Assembly (NCBI RefSeq): GCF_001194135.2
Contig: NC_068983.1
Span: forward strand, 60,502,936 to 60,566,935
DNA length: 64,000 nt
Reading direction: 5' to 3'
Source of the DNA: Octopus bimaculoides
Taxonomy: Eukaryota
In this document: piece after piece, positions 10,936 through 64,000 of the stretch
Layout of the letters: every line of letters begins with the position of its first letter
Position numbering within the stretch: the first letter of the stretch is position 1
The notes under the pieces: generated by a model
What the model saw: the letters and a program-made list of their open reading frames with translations, nothing else
Database searches by the model: none
Told to the model about the DNA's origin: nothing
Made by a program: the position numbers and the translations under genes

Positions 10936-11981
10936 AGTTAACCTCTTGCCTTGCACACAACCATTTCACCCTTGGTTCCACTCCTTCTCTCAACTAAGAG
11001 GTCTTTGTCTTGAAAGTTACTTGGCAACCCCTGCTGGTGCTAGCCCCATGTGAAAAACACCCTGTACATTCTGTAAAGTGGTTTTCATTGGGAAAGGCAT
11101 CCAGCTGTAGAAACCTTGCCAAAACAAACAATTGGAGCCTGGTGCAGTCTTCTGGCTTGGAAAATGGATGTTTGATGATGATGAGTGGCAAATAAAGTCC
11201 CCCTCCAACCTATGTCAGTGCTCTACAGTGGCTAGTCTCAGGCCTTCTTGACCTATACTCATCTGCTTGGAATTATCTCAGTGTTGTAGGTTGATGTTTT
11301 TAGTCAGATTTTTTTCAATGACCAAAAAACAGAAAAATAAGGAAAGAAAAAAACATATTTTATAAATGGTTCGTTTATTTCGAGTTTTAAATAGAATAAT
11401 TTATTTTATATAAATGTTTTCAATATTTTTTTAAATAGATTGCGGAGTGTGGGTTGACAGTTTCATCTGTTGATGTACAAATATCCAAGGACACTTGCTT
11501 CTTTTTCATTTTTTGTTTTTTAGGGGAATGGATTAAAATCATAATTTATTGTTGAACGCTGACTATTCCTGTTTTACTCTTCACTATAAATATATAAGTT
11601 TATGTCAGCATTATTATACTGCATATTATATTATAGCTAGCTATAAGCAGTAGAATTATCTGTTAAATAAAATTTAAAAAAGTCTAAGAAAGGTTTCTGA
11701 CCCAAACACATTTCACCTTTAAATAATAATTAAAAAAAAAAAATTTAGGTGGATCCATTATTTTTTTGAAAGAATGATTAAAAATTGCACCGGTTTTAAA
11801 TTGCTTTGAGCTATATTTTAATTAGCTGTAAACAGGGCTACCATATTTCACGTGTACCATTTTTAATTAGCTGTAATTAGAGCTAGAGTAGCGATAAAAA
11901 CTGTAAGATAAATTTCTTGAAATAATGAATAAAGAATGGATCTCAATGAAAAAAAAATTCACTCTTTAAATGTTTTGACAT

Positions 11982-52333
<40,352 letters not shown>

Positions 52334-52773
52334 CTGTGAAAAAAAGAAAGAAAAAAAGAGAGGTATTTTGAGATTATTGTGTTTATGGAGTACAATTTCC
52401 TCATAAAAGCAAACATCTTAAAATCATCCATTAACCCTTTTGTTGCCCTATTTATGTTGAAATACACTGCTTTTATTCAATTAATTTCGAAAATAATAAA
52501 GAATTTAGTACGATAACTGTCATTAAGCTGCTGCTTGAAACATAATTTGGTTTCAAATTTTGGCACAAGGCCAGCAATTTTGGAGAGGGAGGTAAGTCAA
52601 TTACATTGGCCCCAAGTCTTCAACCGGTACTTATTTTATCAACCATGAAAGGGTGAAAGGTAAAGTCGACATTGGCAGAATTTGAACTCAGAACATAAAG
52701 ACAAAACAAAATGCTGGTTAAGCATTTTGCCTGGTGTGATAATGATTCTGCCAGCTCACCTCTGGAATGTAGT

Positions 52774-53507
52774 TTAACCCCTTCGTTACCAACCCGGCTG
52801 AAACCACTTCTGGCTCTGTAGTGCAAATGTCATGTTTTCATAAGTTCTGAATTAAAATCTTCCACCAAACCTTAGTCACAATTTATGTTCCTAACACTAG
52901 CTTAATGATAACAAAGTTATTTTACTAAATTCTTTGTTATATTTAAAATTAATTGAAAGAAACACAGAACATCTCAACAGAAATATGATAACAAAAGGGT
53001 TAAAGGCACCATGATATATTTAACCCTTTTGATACCAACCCAGCTGAAACCGCTTCTGGATTTGTAGTACACGTTTTGTTTCCATAAGTTTTGAATTAAA
53101 ATCTTCCACCAAACCTTAGTCACAATTTATGTTCCTAACACTAGCTTAATGATGACTAAGTTATTTTACGAAATTCTTTGTTATAGTTAAAGTAAATGAA
53201 AGAAACACAGAGTGTCTCAATGGAAATATGGCGACAAAATAGTTAAAGATGGAGAGAGAGAGAGAATAAGGTGGGCCTTAACCCTTTCGATACCAACCCA
53301 GTTGAAACCAGCTCTGGCTCCGAGTACAAATGTCATGTTTTCATAAGTTCTGAATTAAAATCTTCCACCATACCTTAGTCACAATCTATGTTCCTAACAC
53401 TAGCTGAATGATAACTAAGTTATTTTACTAAATTCTTTGTTATATTCAAAAATTAATTGAAAGAAACACAGAGCATCTCAAAAGAAATATGGTAATGAAA
53501 GAGTTAA
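52774..53507 (+). mobile_element. Three adjacent TTAA-flanked ~230-bp MITEs
   Basis: 52774-53003, 53020-53246 and 53278-53507, each ttaaccc...rgttaa. Confidence 0.88.
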
Positions 53508-53756
53508 CATGAAATTTCAATGGAAGGTTTTAATTTAGATCACTTGAAAGAAGAAATTCGAATTAAAGAACCACGTGTGGTCTTGGGCAGGTCAATACAA
53601 AAACAAAAAAATTAATATGTCCACTTTGTTCCCTCCCCCCACACAGTAGTTTCAATAAATGTCAAACATTAAAATGATATTTTATATCTAAATCTACCAT
53701 GCGGTATTTAGATTTTGTAATCCTTCAGACATTTCAATTGATTTCAATATTCTCTC

Positions 53757-53799
<43 letters not shown>

Positions 53800-53835
53800 A
53801 GACACACAGACAGACAGACAGAGGGAAAGAGAGAG

Positions 53836-53874
<39 letters not shown>

Positions 53875-54775
53875 ATGCATGCATGCATATAGAGGGCAAA
53901 AAAAGACACTATCTTTTCAATAAACAAAAAATTTTATTTTTAGCAATCAGAAAAAAAAAATGTCATATTTTCTCTCTAAGATATACATTTCATAATTTTT
54001 ACAATGAATTTAGAGAGAGTACTTGAAGGTCTTAGATTATTAATATTATTGAATAGTCAAAAAAAAATAATAAAAACTGGTAAAAAAAAAGGCACTAACA
54101 ATATTCTGATAACATTAAAGGTCAATAAAACTAAACTACATGGCAGAGGGGAAAATCTATTTAGAACAAAACCTATTGCAAATCTGGATGTATCAGATGT
54201 GACCAGATCAAATCCTTCATTATTCAGGCATTGATATGGGGCAGAGAAAGAGTGAGGTAGGCAGATTGATAGAGATGGTAGGATGAGACAACTGGATGTA
54301 GCTGGATCTAATGTTCATCCTCCGTTACTGGGTGACAAATATGAATAAGGTTGAGTGATAGAAAGTGATAGGGTAGAGGTGGGAAAAGCAGATGAACTCT
54401 TAATAGGAACATAATGGTTAACAGAACCCCAAATATATATTAATACAGTCAAGCCTCCATCATATCACATTTTTTTACTGCTCCTTTTTGCCACACTTAC
54501 ACAGGGGTGGAAGCGTTTCCTACTTCACTGTGTGTGGACAATCATCTTTCATGAGACTCAACATCTTTACCCTCACTACGTTAAATTCTTGCATACAACC
54601 ATTCAGATATAACATGCTAATCATATGCAAATTAGTTCTAACAACCTCTTTCTATTGGCCAAAAAAATAAAATGTCCTTATTACATTAGATGAAATGTGG
54701 AGAATTTCCTTAAGTACCCCACTGTCAAAAACAAGTTAATTCAGTTCCTGTGACTTAAATGCACAAGCACAGAAC

Positions 54776-55025
54776 CAGGACTGTGGAGTCGGAAACAATT
54801 AAGGAGGAGTCGGAGTCAGTAAAACTATACTGACTCACAAAGTCTTTATTCTTTAATATAAACCAGTTATAACATATAGGCCTACTCAAAGTACAAGCGT
54901 ATGCATATGCTTTATGAGATATGTAGACCACAATCACTTGATTACATAAAGATGAGTTGGAGTCGGAGGTGCCAATAGTACAGGAGTCGGAGTCGAAATT
55001 TTTTTGTTTCGACTCCACGACCCTG
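54776..55025. mobile_element. hAT-type MITE, opposite orientation to 5773-6036
   Basis: Perfect 8-bp TSD cacagaac; TIR caggactgtggagtcg / cgactccacgaccctg. Confidence 0.9.
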
Positions 55026-55455
55026 CACAGAACTGAGTATAATTTAGTTCCCATGCTGTAAGGGTTAAAATCAGTCTTCATCTCTCTCCCTTTATCTGAT
55101 TTCTTTGTAAGTCCCCATCTCCAAGGCAGTTCATCCACTTTGAGTGCTTAGTACTTATTTATACAGCTCACATTTTCATATGCATCAAATGCATATACCA
55201 GTGCAATTTAATGGACATTAAATGATGAGGGTGTCATCGTCATTATTTAACATTTGTTTTCCATGCTGGTATGGGTTGGACAGTTTGACAGGAGCTGGTA
55301 AGCCAAAGAGTTGCACCAGGCTGGCTCCAATCGTCTGTTTTGGAATAGTTTCTACAGCTGGATGCTCTTCCTGATGCCAACCACTTTACAGAGTGTACAG
55401 GGTGCTATTTATATAGCACCAGCACCAATGTATTATACATGTCACCAGCATAAGT

Positions 55456-55497
<42 letters not shown>

Positions 55498-56720
55498 CAT
55501 TTGATCTAATGATTAGGGAGACCAAAATCCAAAGAAGATTCAATAGAAGCAACACAGATGGAGCTAACTACAGAGCAAATAATTGTATTGAAGCAAATTT
55601 ATAAGATTTAGCAAAGAGACAATGTTGTTACACAGTTATGAGCTTTGTCTACATCTGATAATATTTAAATCTTTTAACACAGCATAAATTATTTCAAATA
55701 TCTTTTTCAAAGCGTTTATGAACATTTAAACCATAATTGAATTCAATGAAGATAGAATTAAGAAAGACAGAATGAACACATAAGTTTTCAATGGGGAATG
55801 ACGAGTGAATTAATGAAAGAAAGAGTGAAGAGAGTAACATCAATTAAGAGAGAGAGAGAGAAGCAGACAGTACAATGTTACATTAAATACTTGTTATTAC
55901 ACACAGCTACTAAAGTATACAAACCTGCTTGTCAAAATAATAAGGAGAAAATAAATATTCAAATAAATAAATTAAGAAATAAGCAGGCTAAATAAAGATG
56001 ATATGCACTGCTGATGGTAGCGGTCAAGCTATAGTCATACACATAAACACACACACACACACACACACAGAGAGGACAACCAATGAAATAACAACAACCG
56101 TACACAACACCCACATTCCAGTTGGTACTGATCTTGATTTTTTTATCTACATCAGATTAGCTTTGAGATTAAGAAGGGCTTGGATCCCACCCACCTTCCC
56201 TCATTCCCCTCACTTCTACTGGCCTTGTACCTCTTGGGCATGCAAATAAGCTAACTGCATGTTTGTGACCTGCATTTCTTGTCTGTGTAAGGAAGTGTCC
56301 AGTTTTGACTGGGCATGCTACACTTATGAGGTGCATCTATGGATTGCACTTATAGTGTGACATTTACTACAGAACGCTGAAACATATGTAACAGATAGAA
56401 TAAAGAAATACCAAGTTCAAACCCATGTTTATTTCTCTCATTGCATGCATGTGCACACACATTTTAGCCAGGTCACTGTTGTCTTCCTTGCAACCCTTGT
56501 TTCCAATCACTTCTTTCTGGTCAATTCAACATGCGCAACTGTTCATCCAGACACATTTTCCCCCTCTGTTTTTTATCCTTTTTCCATCTCTTTTCTCTTC
56601 TCATTCCTTTCTATAGGAGCTAAAGACTCTTCCATTTTCCCTGAACATCAAACTAATACACCTTATTTGTTGGTCCATTACCTACCTCAGTCTTTTGTAC
56701 AATTCTGAACCATATATTCC

Positions 56721-56792
<72 letters not shown>

Positions 56793-57076
56793 NNNNNNNN
56801 NNNNNNNNNNNNNNNNNNNNNNNNNNNNNNNNNNNNNNNNNNNNNNNNNNNNNNNNNNNNNNNNNNNNNNNNNNNNNNNNNNNNNNNNNNNNNNNNNNNN
56901 NNNNNNNNNNNNNNNNNNNNNNNNNNNNNNNNNNNNNNNNNNNNNNNNNNNNNNNNNNNNNNNNNNNNNNNNNNNNNNNNNNNNNNNNNNNNNNNNNNNN
57001 NNNNNNNNNNNNNNNNNNNNNNNNNNNNNNNNNNNNNNNNNNNNNNNNNNNNNNNNNNNNNNNNNNNNNNNNNNNN

Positions 57077-57167
<91 letters not shown>

Positions 57168-57243
57168 TATATCATCATCGTCTAGCATGGAAAGCAGATG
57201 TTAAACGACAATGATGATGATGATATATATGTATATACACACA

Positions 57244-58359
57244 CAGGGTGCAGTGAATAAACTGTAGTCTAAATTATGCAAAAATAAAAATAACACTGAC
57301 ATCTCATTTTAACAGATATCATCATCATCATCATCGTTTAACGTACGCTTTCTATGCTGGCATGGGTTGGACAGTTTGAGGACTGGCAAGCCAGAAGGCT
57401 GCACTAGGCTCCAACCTGATCTGGCAAGGTTTCTACAGCTGGATGCCCTTCCTAACACCAGCCACTCCAAGAGTGTAGTGGCTGCTTTTTGTTTACATGC
57501 CACTGGCACGAGGGCCAGTCAGGTGACATTGGCATCGACTATGCTTGAATGGAGCTTTTTACATGCCACCAGCATGACCAAAATTACATAAAAATATCTT
57601 GAAATACTAAAGTGTAAATTTATTCAGTAAAATCGCCATTGGCTTCAACTATGGCCTCTAGATGACTTTGGAACTCTTCTGGACAGTCTCCTTGTATAAG
57701 TTGGTGAATGCTGCCATAATCCTTGCCTTCGGTTCATCTTTGGTGTAACAAAGAGTTTTGTTGGTCTCTTGCTCAACTGCATTCCACACACCATAATCAA
57801 AGGGGTTGCAGTCTGGGGAGTTAGGTGGTCAGATGTTAAGAGTCATGTGGTTGCAGGAATTGTCTGACAGCCATGACTGGGTTCTCCTGTTTGTGTGGCA
57901 TGGTGCAGAGTCCTGTTGCCAGATATAGGGTCTTCTAGCAGCCACCCTCTTGACCCAGGGCAGCACTACCTCCTCCAGGCACACGATGTAGGCCTCCTTG
58001 TTGAGTGTGAGGCTGTGTGGGAATATGAATGGAGGCATAATGTCGCCATCACTAGTGATCACTCCAAACACCAAAGTATTGACTGGATGTTTGATTTTTA
58101 ACTCTCTTGATATTTGTCTTCAGATTAACACCCAAATGCTCTGAAATGTTTGTATTGGAGCTTCTGGTGCAAATGTCAAGCAGTACAGCATGTTGTTTCC
58201 AAACTTCTAGCAGAGTGAACTGCACCATGGTGCTGTTTTTCTCACAGACGATGTCCAACTGACCCTACTATACTGTGTAGTAGACAAAATCAAAAACAAA
58301 CAATGTGCATGTGCAAAATTAAAAATGTAAAATGGCAACAATTTACCCATCACACCCTG
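57244..58359 (-). mobile_element. Internally deleted mariner-like DD37D (maT-type) element with a nested RTE tail (~57315-57590)
   Basis: MVFGVITSDG...WQQDSAPCHT-(37 aa)-SPDCNPFD; cagggtg-type termini. Confidence 0.85.
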
Positions 58360-58606
58360 TATGTATGTATGTATGTATGTATGTATGTGTATATATATAT
58401 ATATATATATATCATCATCATCATCGTTTAACGTCCGCTTTCCATGCTAGCATGGGTTGGACGATTTGATTGAGGACTGGTGAAACCGGATGGCAACACC
58501 AGGCTCCAATCTAATTTGGCAGAGTTTCTACAGCTGGATGCCCTTCCTAACGCCAACCACTCAGAGAGTGTAGTGGGTGCTTTTACGTGTCACCCGCACG
58601 AAAACG

Positions 58607-58647
<41 letters not shown>

Positions 58648-60175
58648 TCATCATCGTTTAACATTGATGATGATGATGATGATTGATATATATATACACA
58701 TACATACATATATGTACACACACACACAACATCCAATGACTATTAAAACCCATGACTACAGCATAATAATGCACTTCTTAACCCATTCTCCCATATTGTT
58801 TATCAACTTACTCTTATGAAGTCATCATAAGAGATTCCGTAATAAAAAAAACAGTGGAATGGTGAATATAATAAGAAACAGTTTTAAACAGCTTATCTTA
58901 ATTTTTGTTTTATTTTGCATTTTTGATTATTTTGAATTAATATGGATTTTTTATACTGGCGCAAAGCCACATATTTTGTTGAAGATATGGTCAATTATAT
59001 TTACTAGAGTACATTACGGGGTCAAGCTTTTAGTAACCCCTTTAAGGCAAACTTGCCCTTGGCATAATTGAATATCACTACATACATTGGAGGATTAATT
59101 GGGTTTTTTTTTTCCAGAAAATATATTTTTCTGCTTGAAAATGGTTTATAACCATCATTAGCAGCAGCATTGTTTTAATGTCCACTTTTCCATGCTTGCA
59201 AGGACTGGATGAAGTTTTATTGAGGCAGATTTTTATGGCTGGATGTCTTTCCAGTCACCAACCCTGACCCAATTCCAAACAAGGTAATATTTCCCTATGA
59301 CCAAACATGTTCTCACAAAATATTAGAGGTGTAATCAGCCTACTTATGTGTACCTTTCTTGCCTACTTATGTGTACCTTTATGTGTAACTTTGCTTGCGA
59401 AGACCTGTTGAGGCAAGTGAAATCACAATCAAAATCAAATTTGCTGACGTGGCCGATGACAGCACCGCCTGACTGGCACCCATGTCAGTGGAATGTTAAA
59501 GCACCATCTGAGTGTGATCGTTGCCAGGGCCGCTGACTGGCTCCCATGCCAGTGACACATAAAAAGCACCATTTGAGCGTGATCATTACCAGCGTTGCCT
59601 TACTGGCATTTGTGCCAGTGGCACGTGGAAATCAACATTCGAGCGAGGTTGTTGCCAGTGCTGCTGGACTGGCTCCTGTGCAGGTGGCACAAAAAAGCAC
59701 CATTTGAGCATGGCCGTCGCCAGTACAGCCTGACTGGCCCTCATGCTGGTGGCACATAAAAAGTACCCACTACACTCTCAGAGTAGTTGGCGTTAGGAAG
59801 GGAATCCAGCTGTAGAAACTCTGCCAGATCAGATTGGAGCCTGGAGCAGCCTTCTGGTTTGCCAGTCCTCAGTCAAACCATCCAACCCATGCCAGCATGG
59901 AAAACGGACGTTAAACGATGATGATGATAATGAATGACATTTGTTTACAACAATCATGCAATGTCAAAACAAGGAAACACAAACATACACACACACTCAC
60001 CCATTTTTATTTATTTATTTACTATTGTATTTGTGTTGAACTTTAGTTGAACATAAGTAACATATTACTTCACAAATATATATTTACACAATTTTTCTGC
60101 ATGTGATTTTTGTACAGATATTTACATGCATTTATTATGTATAAGCATGTAAATATATGTAAAAATATATGTAGA

Positions 60176-60286
60176 TATATATGCAAGATGAGATAATATA
60201 TGCAAGATGAGATAATATATGCAAGATAAGATAATATATGCAAGATGAGATAATATATGCAAGATAATATATGCAAGATGAGATAA
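60176..60286. repeat. 19-bp minisatellite (atatatgcaagatgagata), about 6 units
   Basis: direct observation. Confidence 0.9.
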
Positions 60287-60988
60287 TTTATGTGCTCGTT
60301 TATTTTTATTTTTATATATTTTTATGTGCTTTTATATGTATAAATATTTGAATGTATTTATATAGGCATTCAAATATGTATGAATTTATTTATAACTCTA
60401 CCCATTTCCTATTTTTACTTATGAATTTATACACCCATTAATATGATAATTACATACAAGGTTAATTACTATATATTGTTTATCTCTACACTTTTTAGTG
60501 ATTACATATTACATATATTACATATTTATTTTTTCTAAATATATATCCTTTCTCCCCTTTATAAGGTCTATACCAAATTTACCCATAAAACAATACTCAG
60601 CTGAAATGTTTTATACACTTAACACATAAAAATGTAATGGTATATCTTTATTCTACCTCCAACGTGATTCTACTTTATAATGATTTAATTATTTTAATTA
60701 AAATTTTTAAAGTCTGAATCGAAACAGCTGTCAGGGATTATGTCTATTTTTCTAATTAATAAATATAATTATTAATTGACTTAGCTGTAGTGTGGCCCCC
60801 AGCCTTACCAGCTCCTGTCAAATCATCCAATCTATGCCAGCATGGAAAACAGACGTTAAGTGATGATAATATATATACATATATATAATAATGATAAAAA
60901 GTAACAACAAAAGACTGAGACCACGATATTAGATAAATAGAGGATTATTTGTGTATGTTATAATTTAGGACAAACAGTAGAAGGTTGT

Positions 60989-61056
60989 CATTATAGTACT
61001 CAGAGTTTCGAATGTGAGAGCAAAGAGCTACGATACATTCTTGTCAGCTATTAATG
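60989..61056 (-). ncRNA. Type I hammerhead motif with G8-to-A core mutation
   Basis: CAUU-A-AUAG-CUGACAA-GAAUGU(19 nt)ACAUUC-GAAACUC-U-GAGU-A-CUAUAAUG. Confidence 0.7.
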
Positions 61057-61286
61057 GTAACAGACGCTATGAAAAAAAAACATTGAATAAAAGGGAAGTT
61101 ACTCTAATAGGTAGAAAAAGAAAACAAGATAAACAATACACGCAAGCATATTCTCACTATACATAGGACACAAACCTCCTTCGTTCACGTCTACGTATAC
61201 ACTCACACAAACATAATTACATGCACATACACAAACATATGTATGTACGTACTCATAACATATACATATATTCACATACACGCACA

Positions 61287-61343
<57 letters not shown>

Positions 61344-64000
61344 TCTTTTACTCTTTTACTCTTTTACTCTTTTACTTGTTTCAGTCTTTTGACTGTGGCC
61401 ATGCTGGAGCACCGCCTTTAGTCGAGCAAATCGACCCCAGGACTTATTCTTTGGAAGCCTAGTACTTATTCTTTCGGTCTCTTTTGCCGAACCGCTAAGT
61501 TACGGGGACGTAAACACACCAGCATCGGTTGTCAAGCGATGTTCGGGGGACAAACACAGACATACAAACACATACACACATACATATATATATATACATA
61601 TATACGACAGGCTTCTTTCAGTTTCCGTCTACCAAATCCACTCACAAGGCATTGGTCGGCCCGAGGCTATAGTTGAAGGCACTTGCCCAAGATACCACGC
61701 AGTGGGACTGAACCCGGGACCATATACATACATATATATATGCAACATCATTCTCATATACACATAAGTGCTTACATGCATACACCTAACATAATACATA
61801 TATATTTAGACATTTATACGTATAAATGTCTAAATATATATGTATTATGTTACATAAGGACCTATGTGTATATGAGGATGAAGTTGAAGAGCGTAGGCTC
61901 AAAACGTAAAAGACTTTCTCACTTTCTGAGCTTTAAGCTAATACATCTGCTTGTTGTTTACATACCTATCTTTGTCTTTTGTTTTGTTTTTTTTAGCTCC
62001 AGCCCACTCAAAAGTACCTTGGATCGTAGGGCAACATGCTGTGCTTGAGGAGACCTATTGAGTCAAGTACATCAACATCAAAATCAAATAGAAATTGTAG
62101 TTGTGACCCCCCATGCCGGTGGCATGTAAAAAAGCACCATCTGAACATGGCCGATGCCAGCGCCGCCTTGACTGGCTTCCATGCCGGTGGCATGTAAAAA
62201 GCACCAACCAATCGTGGTCGTTGCCAGCCTCCTCTGGTTCCTGTGCCGGTGGCATGTAAAAAGCATCCACTACACTCTCGGAGTGGTTGGCGTTAGGAAG
62301 GGCATCCAGCTGTATAAACACTGTCAGATCAGACTGGAGCCTGGTGCAGCCTCCTGGCTACCCAGACCCCAGTCGAACCGTCCAACCCATGCCAGATGGA
62401 AAACAGACGTTAAATGATGATGATGATGATATGCATATACAATAGGTTTATCTCAGTTCCCATTACTTAAAAGGTTTTGACCAGCCTGCAGCTATAGAAG
62501 AAAAAAAAAAACACTTGCCCAAGATGCTGTGCAGTGGAACTGAACTCAATGACATGTAGTTTGGAGAAAAACTTCTTACCACACAGTGATATCTATATTA
62601 TGTATGTGTGTGCAAGTGAGTGAGCAACCGAATGTGTATGTGCACAAATTCAATTCCTTGTTTCACCATAAGCCTCATCTGAGCAAAAGTCAATATTTTC
62701 TCCAATAAACAATTGTAAACAAAAGACATGTGAGGACACTTGTGCAAGCGGATGGAGTGCTGGCACTGGCACAGGTGCATCAATTTCCATCTTGTCACTA
62801 ACATAGAAAAAATATTCAACCATCTACAACCCACTGAGATATAAACAGGTACAAATCAAAGCGGTACAATTTAATGCCGTGTATGAACAAGCTAATCTAC
62901 AATGAGCAGGTGTTGTCATTTTTTTCACTTGCTTGATCTTAGGATCATTTTTCAATACAGTCAACATAACTTAGTTTCTTTCAACAATAATACAAAGATA
63001 CACACAAACACACACACACACATCAAAGAAACAGGTTTGTAACTTGCACTCTCAATAGTCATGAACAAAAAAAAAAAACTAAAAACCTTCAAAATCAATA
63101 TAAATGCTTGACCTTAGAATTGTCGTTGTTGTCATTTAACCCTTTCAGCCTGGCTGGTACATATTTATACCAGTCAAACATTTTACAACCCAAAACTTTA
63201 AAACTCCCACTCTATGTGATGCAGTATAATACCACTCCGGTTTTTTCTGGTATGTATGTAGCGCTAGATGTATGATCAGAGTGTATGACATTATAATGAC
63301 AGCTTAAAAGGCTCGCATGCACACAAACCGCTTGCCATTACTGACTTGAGAAAAAATTCTGGGTTGAAAGAGTTAAGGTGCATGTTACATGCTGGCATGG
63401 GTTGTATGGTTTGACAGGATTGAACAGGTCCACTGCTTTAACAGTGTCTCTATGCCTTTCCTAACACCAAACACTGTACAGAGTGTACTGGGTGCTTCTT
63501 TTCATGCACCAACACTGCTAAGGTTGTTAGGCAGCCAGCAAGACAAAGACCCCTATTTGACTGAAGGGGGCTACAGTAGAGAAGGAAGTAGTTTTATGCT
63601 GTGAGATGAGAGGTTAAGCTTCTTGTTGTAGAGGTGCTATATGGCTACTTAATTTATTAAAGAGAGGGTGGGGTGACAGGGTGGAGCTGACATGAAATAA
63701 AAATATAAAGCACGAGTAGGTAGGGGTGGTAAGAATGTATTGGAGAGTGAGGGGTGGTTAGAGAAAGGGAATAGGTGAAAGGGTCGAAATAATGAAGAAC
63801 AAGTGTTGAGGTAATGATAAGTAGAGGAGGTAGGGAAGAGTGGTAAGTAGCTTGCTTACCAACCACATAGTCCTGGGTTCAGTCCCACTGTGCGGCACCT
63901 TGGGCAAGTGTCTTCTACTATAGGTTCGGGCCGACCAAAGCCTTGTGAGTGGATTTGGCAGACAGAAACTGAAAGAAGCCCATCGTATATATATATATAT

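Noticed and set aside
53694-53758. Candidate HACE1 5' exon (cag-ERILKSIEMSEG...)
   Set aside because: No GT donor in the needed phase and no similarity to the HACE1 N-terminus.
59392-59928. Repeat-spacer-like array of ~60-bp units, CRISPR-like at first sight
   Set aside because: The spacers are homologous to each other, the array is part of an RTE 3' UTR, the DNA is eukaryotic and there are no cas genes.

Overview
Eukaryotic, AT-rich, repeat-dense animal DNA with four N gaps. The repeat families look like octopod cephalopod (Octopus-like) repeats; this is pattern recognition, not a database search. Two spliced genes face each other tail to tail. (1) NUP35/NUP53 nucleoporin on +: 7 coding exons, 920-8381, 5' part not found in the window. 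(2) HACE1 ankyrin-HECT E3 ubiquitin ligase on -: 25 coding exons, 52333 down to 11982, 927 full codons in one open frame, including one GC-AG intron; the first coding exon was not found. Introns hold RTE LINE fragments and tails, tRNA-derived SINEs, hAT, Tc1/mariner, pogo and TTAA-type MITEs, a broken Merlin transposase and microsatellites. Most notable: several minimal hammerhead-ribozyme-like motifs, including a Penelope-like remnant with inverted repeats each carrying one; a ~250-bp-arm near-perfect palindrome at the Merlin 5' end; a 111-bp tandem duplication of the NUP35 stop-codon region followed by two long hairpins; a DD36E Tc1 fragment; and a strong orientation bias of one SINE family. 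No CRISPR, rRNA or true tRNA was found. Exon coordinates were checked by hand for splice sites and phase. Repeat boundaries and counts are by eye and may be off by several bp.
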